Assembly (NCBI GenBank): GCA_042091225.1
Contig: JBELHW010000005.1
Coordinates: forward strand, 3,712-67,711
Source of the DNA: Cryomorphaceae bacterium
GTDB taxonomy: Bacteria; Bacteroidota; Bacteroidia; Flavobacteriales; UBA7312
Direction of reading: 5' to 3'
DNA: 64,000 nt
In this document: piece by piece, positions 56,158 to 64,000 of the stretch
Layout of the letters: every line of letters starts with the position of its first letter
Position numbering within the stretch: position 1 is the stretch's first letter
The notes under the pieces: model-generated
What the model was told of the DNA's origin: nothing
The model's input: the letters and a program-made list of their open reading frames with translations, nothing else
Database searches by the model: none
Program-made: the position numbers and the translations under genes

Positions 56158-57303
56158 ATGAAGTTCAACACAAAAGTAATTCATGCTGGTTTAGAACCAG
56201 ATCCTACAACAGGAGCTGTTATGACTCCTATATACCAGACTTCAACTTATATTCAGAAATCTCCTGGAGATCATAAAGGCTTTGAATATTCTAGAACTGG
56301 AAATCCAACAAGAGCCGCTTTAGAAGCTAATCTTGCAGCTCTTGAAAATGCTAAATATGGACTTTGTTTTGCTAGCGGCCTAGCTGCCATCGATGCAGTT
56401 ATAAAGTTACTAAAGCCTGGAGACGAGGTTGTCTCTACTAATGATTTATATGGGGGAACATATAGAATATTTACAAAGGTTTTTGAAAATTATGGCATAA
56501 AATTTCATTTTATAGGCATGGAAAATGCTTCTAAAATTGAAGACTATATTAATAAAAAGACAAAACTTATTTGGGTAGAAACACCAACTAACCCGACACT
56601 AAATATTGTTGATATTGAAGCAGTTGCAAAAATTTCTAAAAAGCACAATCTTATTTTGGGAGTTGACAATACTTTCGCATCTCCATATTTACAAAATCCT
56701 ATTGATTTGGGTGCCGATATAGTTATGCATTCGGTTACAAAATATTTAGGTGGCCATTCCGATGTAGTTATGGGCGCACTTATGCTAAATAATGACACTC
56801 TAGCTGAGAAATTGTTTTTCCTTCAAAATAGTTGTGGTGCTGTTCCTGGTCCTATGGATAGCTTTTTAGTTTTAAGAGGAATTAAAACACTTCATTTACG
56901 AATTCAACGCCATTGTGAAAACGGAAAAGAAATAGCTTATTTTTTAAAAAATCATCCTAAAGTAGAAAATGTGTACTGGCCCGGTTTTGAAGATCATCCT
57001 AATCATGATATTGCTAAAAAGCAAATGAAAGATTTTGGAGGAATGTTGTCTTTTTCGCTTAAAGGAAATAAGTTAGAAGACGCTTTTAAAGTTGTTTCTT
57101 CTACTCATTTTTTCACATTAGCCGAATCATTAGGTGGTGTTGAGTCTTTATGCGGACATCCTGCAAGTATGACTCATGCCGCTATTCCAAAGGAAGAAAG
57201 AGAAAAAACAGGTGTTGTAGACTCACTTATCAGACTAAGTGTTGGCGTTGAAGATATTGAAGATTTGATTTCTGATTTAGATTTAGCATTAAAAGAAATA
57301 TAA
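56158..57303 (+). CDS. PLP-dependent transsulfuration enzyme (cystathionine gamma-synthase/lyase family)
   Basis: TGAVMTPIYQTSTY, DNTFASPY and HSVTKYLGGHSD (PLP Lys). Confidence 0.88.
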   Translation: MKFNTKVIHAGLEPDPTTGAVMTPIYQTSTYIQKSPGDHKGFEYSRTGNPTRAALEANLAALENAKYGLCFASGLAAIDAVIKLLKPGDEVVSTNDLYGGTYRIFTKVFENYGIKFHFIGMENASKIEDYINKKTKLIWVETPTNPTLNIVDIEAVAKISKKHNLILGVDNTFASPYLQNPIDLGADIVMHSVTKYLGGHSDVVMGALMLNNDTLAEKLFFLQNSCGAVPGPMDSFLVLRGIKTLHLRIQRHCENGKEIAYFLKNHPKVENVYWPGFEDHPNHDIAKKQMKDFGGMLSFSLKGNKLEDAFKVVSSTHFFTLAESLGGVESLCGHPASMTHAAIPKEEREKTGVVDSLIRLSVGVEDIEDLISDLDLALKEI

Positions 57304-58008
57304 ATGAATTTATTTTACATTACTGGAGCAAGTAGCGGAATTGGTTTTGCACTTGCAAATCTTTTATTGAAAGATTCCAATAATATTGTAATTGGTCTTT
57401 CTAGAAGAAATAATATTGAGCATAAAAATTACCATCATATAACACATGATTTAACATTGCCTGTTCCTGTTGGAATTTTAGAACCTTTAGATGAGACTTA
57501 TAAAAAGATTGTTTTAATAAATAATGCTGGTCAAGTAGGGCCAGTAAGCTCATTGGGCAAACATACTTTTGAAGAAATTAATGAAAATTATTTTGTGAAT
57601 CTAATTGCTCCTTCCTTACTATCTAACGATTTTATTGAAGCATATAAAAGTCATTCTGCATTAAAAATGATAATTAATGTTAGCTCAGGAGCAGCAAAAT
57701 ATCCCATAAAATCTTGGAGTACTTATTGTTCTTCAAAGGCTGGTTTAGATATGTTATCTTTAGTGATTCAAGAAGAAAATCCGGAGTTTAAAGTATACGC
57801 CATTGCTCCCGGAATTGTAGATACAGAAATGCAATCTGCTATAAGAAATGCTAAAAAAGAAGACTTTCCCGATTTAGATCGATTTATAGAGTATAAAAAC
57901 CAGGGTGAATTATCTGATGCTAATCAGGTAGCGAAAAAGTTTTTGAAAATAATACAAAACCCCGATTTGTTTAATGAAACTATTTGTTCGGTAAGAGATA
58001 TTGATTAA
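57304..58008 (+). CDS. SDR family oxidoreductase
   Basis: ITGASSGIG cofactor motif, NNAG, and a catalytic S..YxxxK (YCSSKAG). Confidence 0.8.
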   Translation: MNLFYITGASSGIGFALANLLLKDSNNIVIGLSRRNNIEHKNYHHITHDLTLPVPVGILEPLDETYKKIVLINNAGQVGPVSSLGKHTFEEINENYFVNLIAPSLLSNDFIEAYKSHSALKMIINVSSGAAKYPIKSWSTYCSSKAGLDMLSLVIQEENPEFKVYAIAPGIVDTEMQSAIRNAKKEDFPDLDRFIEYKNQGELSDANQVAKKFLKIIQNPDLFNETICSVRDID

Positions 58009-58012
58009 AAAC

Positions 58013-60808
58013 TTAGTGTGCCTCAAGCCAGTTTTTGCCTGTCCCTAAGTCTACATCTAAAGGAACACTAAGTTTAACAGCTTTTTCCATTTTTTCCTTT
58101 ATTAGTAATTTTATTTTTTCAAGTTCAGTAATGTCTACGTCAAAAACTAATTCGTCGTGTACTTGCAATAACATTTTACTATTTAGGTTTGCGTTAAAAA
58201 TAGCCTCCTGAACATCTATCATTGCTATTTTGATAATGTCAGCAGCTGCTCCTTGAATAGGGGCATTTATGGCATTTCTTTCAGCGTAGCCTCTAACCAC
58301 AGCATTTCTAGAGTTTATGTCTTTTAAAAATCTTTTTCTTCCCATTAATGTTTCTACATATCCTGTCTCTCTAGCCACATCAATACTTTTATCCATAAAC
58401 TCTTTTACTTTTGGATATTGTAAAAAATAGTTATCAATTATTTCTTTAGCATCTGTTCTTTTTATACCTAACCTTTGGGATAGTCCGAAAGCAGAGATTC
58501 CATATATTATGCCAAAATTTACCATTTTAGCATTTGATCTTTGTTCTCTACTCACTTCTGATAAATTAACACCGTAAACTTTAGCAGCGGTAGCAGTATG
58601 AATATCTTCATTATTATTAAAGGCCGTCAACATGCCTTCATCTTGAGAAAGATGTGCCATTAAACGCAATTCAATTTGAGAGTAATCAGCAGCTAATAAA
58701 ACATGATTTTCATCTTTTGCAATAAAAGCCTTTCTAACTTCTCTACCTTTTTCGCTTCGGATTGGTATGTTTTGCAAATTAGGATTTGTAGAGCTTAATC
58801 TTCCCGTTGCAGCAATAGTTTGTTGGTAGGTAGTGTGAATTCTTTGGCTGTCTTTTTTTGCTAGATTTGGTAAAGCATCAACATAAGTAGATTTTAACTT
58901 TTGCAATTGTCTAAAATCTAAAATATCATCAATAATAGTATGCTTTCCTTTTAGTTTTAAAAGAGTTTCTTCCGAAGTAGAATATTGCCCGCTTTTGGTT
59001 TTTTTAGGTTTATCTACTAATTTCAAATGTTCGAAGAGTACTTGCCCGAGTTGCTTTGGTGATGCCAAATTAAATGGTGCTCCTGCTATTTCTTGAACAT
59101 TCATATTTAATCGACTAATTTCTTTTTCTAGTTCTAAAGAAAAGGTATTTAAAGATTCAATATCAATTTTAATTCCTTCCATTTCCATTTGAGATAAAAC
59201 AGGCACAAGCGGAAGTTCAATATTTTTAAATAACTTTTCTAAACCAGATGATTTTAATGATTTTTCAAAAATTGATTTTAATTGAAGTGTTATATCCACA
59301 TCTTCACAGGCATATTGGCTTACCTTTTCAATATCAACCATTCGTAAACTTGTTTGTGAAGCTCCCTTTTTTCCAATTAGGGTTTCGATACTTATAGTTT
59401 GATAGTTTAGATAGTTTTCAGCTAGGATATCCATATTATGTCTTTGATCTGGCTCTAGCAAATAATGAGCTATCATTGTATCAAAGTAAGGTCCATTAAC
59501 TTTAAGCCCATATTTAAATAAGACCTTATAGTCATATTTTAAATTTTGAGCAATTTTTTCGATTTCATCATTTTCAAAAAACGACTTAAACTCAGATGCT
59601 ATTTCTTGTTCTTTTCCCTGCTCAACCGGCACATAAAAAGCTTCATTCTTTTTAAAAGAAAATGAGAAGCCAACTAATTCGGCAGTGATTGGGTCTAGAC
59701 CAGTTGTTTCCGTATCGAAACAAACCGACTTTTGTTGTAGTAAAGTGTTTAAGAGCTCTTTTCTTTTCATTTCATTATCGACTAATTGATAATTAGTTTT
59801 AAAGTCCTCTATGGTTTTAAAACTACTAAGCTCTGTTGTTTGTTCGCTTTGCTGAGAAAATAAGTCAAATTGATTGGTTGATACTTTTTTTGGCACATCA
59901 ACTTTATCAATACTTTCTTGATTAATAGGTTCTTTGCTAAGTAATCTTTTAGCTAATGTTCGGAATTCAAGTTCTTCAAATAAGCTCGTTACTTTTTCTG
60001 AGTTAAATTTTTGAATCTTTAAATCCTTTTCAATTAATTCTACAGGGGCATCCAACAAAATTGTTGCTAATTTTTTTGACAGAATACCTTTGTCTTTATT
60101 GTTTTCAATCTTTTCTTTTAACTTTCCTTTAAGTTGATCAGTATTAGACAATAGATTTTCCATTGTTCCATACTGAGCAAGAAATTTTTTAGCTGTTTTT
60201 TCTCCTACTCCAGGTAGTCCAGGGATATTATCTACCGAATCACCCATCATGCCAAGAAAGTCTATTACTTGACTCACTTCTGTAATTTCGAATTTTGCAA
60301 GTACTTCTTTTACTCCCCAAACTTCGGTTGGCTTCCATTTATTACCTGGCCTGTAAAGTAGAATGTTTTCACTTACTAATTGAGCAAAATCTTTATCTGG
60401 AGTCATCATATATGTAATGAAGCCTTCTTTTTCTGCTTTTTTAGCAAGAGTACCGATAACGTCATCTGCTTCATATCCATCAGCATACAGTTTTGTAATG
60501 TTAAAAGCTTCGAGCACTCTATCAATATAAGGAAGAGCAACAGAAATACCTTCAGGCATTGCCTCTCTATTTGCCTTATATTCAGAATATTCAATATGCC
60601 TACTTGTTGCTTTAGGAGTGTCGAAAACTACAGCAATATGTGTTGGATTTTCTTTTTTAAGCACCTCGACTAAGCTATTAACAAAGCCTAAAACTGCTGA
60701 AGTTTCTAAACCATTAGAATTTACTCTTGGATTTTTACTAAAAGCGAAGTACGATCGGTAAATTAGAGCAAAAGCATCTATTAAAAATAGTTTTTTTATA
60801 GAACTCAT
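58013..60808 (-). CDS. polA: DNA polymerase I
   Basis: 5'-nuclease N-terminus (LIDAFALIYRSYFA), a 3'-5' exo region (CFDTETTGLD), and polymerase motifs DYSQIELR, RSNAKMVNFGIIYG and QVHDELVF. Confidence 0.96.
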   Translation of the reverse strand: MSSIKKLFLIDAFALIYRSYFAFSKNPRVNSNGLETSAVLGFVNSLVEVLKKENPTHIAVVFDTPKATSRHIEYSEYKANREAMPEGISVALPYIDRVLEAFNITKLYADGYEADDVIGTLAKKAEKEGFITYMMTPDKDFAQLVSENILLYRPGNKWKPTEVWGVKEVLAKFEITEVSQVIDFLGMMGDSVDNIPGLPGVGEKTAKKFLAQYGTMENLLSNTDQLKGKLKEKIENNKDKGILSKKLATILLDAPVELIEKDLKIQKFNSEKVTSLFEELEFRTLAKRLLSKEPINQESIDKVDVPKKVSTNQFDLFSQQSEQTTELSSFKTIEDFKTNYQLVDNEMKRKELLNTLLQQKSVCFDTETTGLDPITAELVGFSFSFKKNEAFYVPVEQGKEQEIASEFKSFFENDEIEKIAQNLKYDYKVLFKYGLKVNGPYFDTMIAHYLLEPDQRHNMDILAENYLNYQTISIETLIGKKGASQTSLRMVDIEKVSQYACEDVDITLQLKSIFEKSLKSSGLEKLFKNIELPLVPVLSQMEMEGIKIDIESLNTFSLELEKEISRLNMNVQEIAGAPFNLASPKQLGQVLFEHLKLVDKPKKTKSGQYSTSEETLLKLKGKHTIIDDILDFRQLQKLKSTYVDALPNLAKKDSQRIHTTYQQTIAATGRLSSTNPNLQNIPIRSEKGREVRKAFIAKDENHVLLAADYSQIELRLMAHLSQDEGMLTAFNNNEDIHTATAAKVYGVNLSEVSREQRSNAKMVNFGIIYGISAFGLSQRLGIKRTDAKEIIDNYFLQYPKVKEFMDKSIDVARETGYVETLMGRKRFLKDINSRNAVVRGYAERNAINAPIQGAAADIIKIAMIDVQEAIFNANLNSKMLLQVHDELVFDVDITELEKIKLLIKEKMEKAVKLSVPLDVDLGTGKNWLEAH

Positions 60809-60856
60809 AAAATAGGATTTTCTGCAAGATACAAGATTATCATTATTTTTGTCTTT

Positions 60857-61156
60857 ATGAATAAGATATTATTATTGCTTTTTTTATTTGTTTCATCCAT
60901 ACTTTTTAGTCAAAATAGAGTTGATACTTTAGAAGGATGGTGGACTATGATTGAACAAGTCCATTATTTCGAAGATCAATCCTTATTAGAAATGGAGTTT
61001 GACGCCAGTAATGACTTATATGATATGGATATTTTATACAATGAGCTTGCTCCAGTCAAAGGGATACCGGTACAGATAACTATTATCGCAATTTTAAGAA
61101 ACGAAAAACTTTTAGTCTCTCAGCTTGATGTTGTTCCTCAGGGTTGCGACGATTAG
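60857..61156 (+). CDS. small secreted protein, hypothetical
   Basis: 99 aa with signal peptide MNKILLLLFLFVSSILFSQ. I recognised no family. Confidence 0.45.
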   Translation: MNKILLLLFLFVSSILFSQNRVDTLEGWWTMIEQVHYFEDQSLLEMEFDASNDLYDMDILYNELAPVKGIPVQITIIAILRNEKLLVSQLDVVPQGCDD

Positions 61157-61902
61157 CTTTTGCTAATAGCAACAGGGTTTAATTTGATTAAACCTACAAA
61201 ATCCATAATTCTTATAATAGGATAAATTGGGTCGATCTCATACCATTTTCTTGCAAAGTTTGCTTTCGAACCTTGTGAATGGTGGTTATTGTGGTATCCT
61301 TCTCCAAGCATAAAGATATCAAATGGCATTAGGTTTTTAGAAGTATCTTCTAATTTATAATTTGTATATCCTATTTTGTGAGCAAACCAGTTAACTACAG
61401 TTCCGTGAATTGGTCCCATTACAATATGAGCAGGAACAAATATCCACATCCATAATGCATCAGCAGGGACATACTCGCTGTAAAACCATATGTAAAATAA
61501 AGCCCATAATATTTTAACAACTAAAGATCCGGCCATTTTATCAAACCATTTCCAGTCAGGTAGGTTTTGAGTAAGAGATTCATCTACTTCTATTTCACCG
61601 CTCTGAATACCTGCGAATTTATGATAGGTTTTCACCATCAACTTCACGAAGTTACTTGAGAATTTTGGAGAATGAGGATCTTCTTCTTTATCGGCGTGTA
61701 TATGATGTAGCCTGTGTAATGCTCCATATACTTTAGGGCTCATATAAGACGATCCTTGAGTAATAAACGAAAAAACAAAAAAGAATTTTTCTACCCATTT
61801 AGGCATAGTAAACATTTGATGAGCCGAATAACGATGATGAAAAAAAGATTGAGCAAATAAGGATAAGTACCAATGGGCAACTATAAAGAGAAAAATTGTC
61901 AT
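61153..61902 (-). CDS. acyl-CoA (fatty acid) desaturase
   Basis: Three His boxes: HHRYSAH, HRLHHIHAD and HNNHH. A membrane-anchored N-terminus. Confidence 0.85.
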   Translation of the reverse strand: MTIFLFIVAHWYLSLFAQSFFHHRYSAHQMFTMPKWVEKFFFVFSFITQGSSYMSPKVYGALHRLHHIHADKEEDPHSPKFSSNFVKLMVKTYHKFAGIQSGEIEVDESLTQNLPDWKWFDKMAGSLVVKILWALFYIWFYSEYVPADALWMWIFVPAHIVMGPIHGTVVNWFAHKIGYTNYKLEDTSKNLMPFDIFMLGEGYHNNHHSQGSKANFARKWYEIDPIYPIIRIMDFVGLIKLNPVAISKS

Positions 61903-61965
61903 TTAATTGTGTTTAATTTTAATGGTACAAATATCGGCATATTATTTTAGATATTTAGCAAGTTT

Positions 61966-63996
61966 TTATTTCCCTAAATTAAAAAGTGTAAAACCATATA
62001 TATCGGCCCATTCTTGAATAATCATATCTACTGGCTTGCCTGCACCGTGTCCGGCATTCACATCTATTCGGATAAGTACTGGGTTAGATCCGCTGTGTTT
62101 TTCTTGTAGTTGGGCAGCAAACTTAAAACTATGTGCAGGAACAACTCTATCATCATGGTCTCCTGTTGTTACTAAAGTAGCAGGATAAGAAACGCCACTT
62201 TTTACATTGTGGACAGGGGAGTATTTTTTTAAATACTCAAACATTTCTTTGTTATCTTCTGAAGTTCCATAATCGTATGCCCAGCCAGCTCCAGCTGTAA
62301 ATTTATGGTACCTAAGCATGTCAAGAACTCCTACCCCTGGCAATGCTACTTTCATCAAATCTGGTCGCTGCGTCATGGTAGCACCAACTAAAAGTCCTCC
62401 ATTAGACCTTCCTGAAATTGCTAAATAATTAGAAGATGTATATTTCTTGTCAATCAAAAATTGAGCACCAGCAATAAAGTCATCAAAAACATTTTGTTTT
62501 TGCATTAGTGCTCCGGCTTTATGCCATTCTTTTCCATATTCTCCTCCACCCCTAAGATTTGCCACAGCATAAATCCCTCCTTGTTCTAACCAAACCGCAT
62601 TAGTTATGCTAAATGAAGGAGTTAGACTCACATTAAAACCACCATAGCCATATAAAATTGTAGGATTTTTACCATCTAGCTTTAACCCTTTTTTATAGGT
62701 AATTATCATAGGAATTTTGGTTCCATCTTTTGAGGAATAAAAAACTTGTTCCGATTGATAATCGTTATTTTTAAAATCTGTTTTCGGACTCCAATAAAGT
62801 AAAGATTCTCCTGTTTCTACATTCAACTGATAAATGGACGAAGGAGTATTATAATTAGTAAAGGAATAATACAAAAGACTATCTTCTTTTTCTCCTTTAA
62901 TAGATCCTACACTTCCTACACCTATTAAATCAATATTTCTTATGAACTTTCCTTGATAGTTATATTGAATTACTTTAGAAATAGCATCTACCATATATTC
63001 TGCGAAAAAGTAACCGCCCCCAGAAGAAATGGATAGTACTTCCGATGTTTCTCCAATAAAGTCTTTCCAGTTTTCGGCATTCGGATTTTTACTATTAACG
63101 GTTACTACTTTTCCGTTAGGAGCATTTAAATTGGTGTATAAGAATAATTTGTCTTTTTTGTTTTCAATTAAATAGGTGTCCGATTCAGTATGGTCTAAAA
63201 TAGTATTGAATGTACTATTTGGCTTTTGCAACTCTTTAATAAATAGTTTGTTTCCTGAAGTAGAAACGGATGCAGATAAGATTAAAAATCTTTGGTCTTT
63301 AGTAACTTTAGCTCCAATATATCTGTGTTTTTCATTTTCTTTATTTCCGAAAATAATTTTGTCTTGGCTTTGTTTAGTTCCAAGTTTATGGTAATAAACA
63401 ATGTGCTGGTCTGTTTTAGCTGAAAGCTCGCTTCCCTTTGGTTTTTTATAGCTAGAGTAGTAAAACCCTTCATTTCCTAGCCAGGAAATTCCGCTAAATT
63501 TAATATCAATTAGAGTATCTTCAATAATTTTTTTTGATTCCACATCCATTATCAAAACTTTTCTCCAATCAGAACCTCCTTCTGAAATAGAATAGGCAAC
63601 TAAAGATCCGTCTTCACTAAAATATAATCCTGAAAGAGAGCTTGTTCCGTCTTCAGAAAAATTATTTGGGTCTAAAAAAACAGATTCTTTTTTTTCTTCA
63701 ATTTGATAAACCACATAGTGATTTTGAAGCCCGTTATTTTTATAAATAAAAGTGTTTTTTCCTTTTTTAAATGGAGCACCTACCTTTTCATAATTCCATA
63801 ACTCTTGCAATCTATTTTTAAATGAATCTCTCAAACTTATTTGGTTGAGATATTTGTTTGTTGTTTTGTTTTGACGGACTACCCAATCTTCTGTTTCTTT
63901 ACTTCTATCGTCTTCCAGCCATTGATAATAGTCATTAATTTCTGTGCCAAAGTATTGATTTATAGAATCTACTTTTTTAGTTTCAGGATAAGTCAT
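61966..63996 (-). CDS. prolyl oligopeptidase (S9A)
   Basis: N-terminal beta-propeller (YPETKKVD..YQWLED). Catalytic GRSNGG (Ser), GDHDDRV (Asp) and AGHGAG (His). Confidence 0.92.
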   Translation of the reverse strand: MTYPETKKVDSINQYFGTEINDYYQWLEDDRSKETEDWVVRQNKTTNKYLNQISLRDSFKNRLQELWNYEKVGAPFKKGKNTFIYKNNGLQNHYVVYQIEEKKESVFLDPNNFSEDGTSSLSGLYFSEDGSLVAYSISEGGSDWRKVLIMDVESKKIIEDTLIDIKFSGISWLGNEGFYYSSYKKPKGSELSAKTDQHIVYYHKLGTKQSQDKIIFGNKENEKHRYIGAKVTKDQRFLILSASVSTSGNKLFIKELQKPNSTFNTILDHTESDTYLIENKKDKLFLYTNLNAPNGKVVTVNSKNPNAENWKDFIGETSEVLSISSGGGYFFAEYMVDAISKVIQYNYQGKFIRNIDLIGVGSVGSIKGEKEDSLLYYSFTNYNTPSSIYQLNVETGESLLYWSPKTDFKNNDYQSEQVFYSSKDGTKIPMIITYKKGLKLDGKNPTILYGYGGFNVSLTPSFSITNAVWLEQGGIYAVANLRGGGEYGKEWHKAGALMQKQNVFDDFIAGAQFLIDKKYTSSNYLAISGRSNGGLLVGATMTQRPDLMKVALPGVGVLDMLRYHKFTAGAGWAYDYGTSEDNKEMFEYLKKYSPVHNVKSGVSYPATLVTTGDHDDRVVPAHSFKFAAQLQEKHSGSNPVLIRIDVNAGHGAGKPVDMIIQEWADIYGFTLFNLGK

Positions 63997-64000
63997 GCTA

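Noticed and set aside
56082-56276. 64-aa plus-strand ORF spanning the metB-like start region
   Set aside because: It is out of frame with, and overlapped by, the well-supported transsulfuration gene starting at 56158. It shows no motifs.
1-64000. Search for tRNA, rRNA, CRISPR arrays, transposases, integrases and prophage genes
   Set aside because: No intergenic gap other than 304-628 (pure AT-rich promoter DNA) is long enough for a tRNA. No cloverleaf-like GC-rich segments, repeat-spacer arrays or recombinase motifs were seen by eye. A tRNAscan, Infernal or ISfinder run would be needed to be certain.

Overview
This is a 64 kb stretch of a very AT-rich chromosome. It looks like a marine Flavobacteriales-type Bacteroidota genome, based on four proteins with T9SS C-terminal sorting domains, a proteorhodopsin + blh pair, TAnnTTTG-type -7 boxes and typical flavobacterial housekeeping gene order. 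Coding density is high. I found no rRNA, tRNA, CRISPR array, transposase or integrase by eye.

Layout:
- 1-2315: a light module. A photolyase-related gene fragment sits divergent from a DTE-motif proteorhodopsin and the retinal-forming dioxygenase Blh.
- 2414-20318: a cell-surface island. It holds a 13-repeat Cys-rich T9SS adhesin, gmd, a GT4 phosphotransferase, an outer-membrane protein, a LamG/PNGase-F-like T9SS protein and a GT1. It ends in a tightly coupled 7-gene operon: SprB-repeat protein, CotH kinase-LTD-T9SS, lipoprotein, VTC polyphosphate-polymerase-like protein, DUF4956, DUF2490 and rhomboid.
- 20309-33481: housekeeping genes (rpoN, asnS, a TetR-TolC-MFP-RND efflux operon, dxs).
- 33527-35120: a small orphan module wedged between dxs and the accC-accB-fabH-plsX-rpmF-yceD lipid cluster. 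It has an XRE regulator, a 22-bp perfect palindrome, a lipoprotein, a Gly-rich hydrophobic protein and a 4-TM protein.
- 35095-64000: core metabolism (pdxA, pepA, mqnC-like, ribE, lepA, yebC, carboxyltransferase, purD, purQ, nadD, gmk, yicC, polA, desaturase, prolyl oligopeptidase). Embedded oddities are a bacterial Kunitz/BPTI-like lipoprotein and a frameshifted ArsC/Spx-family gene.

The best candidates for uncharacterised biology are the CotH-VTC-DUF4956-DUF2490-rhomboid operon and the XRE/palindrome/Gly-rich mini-module. All family calls rest on motif recognition by eye. No searches were run.
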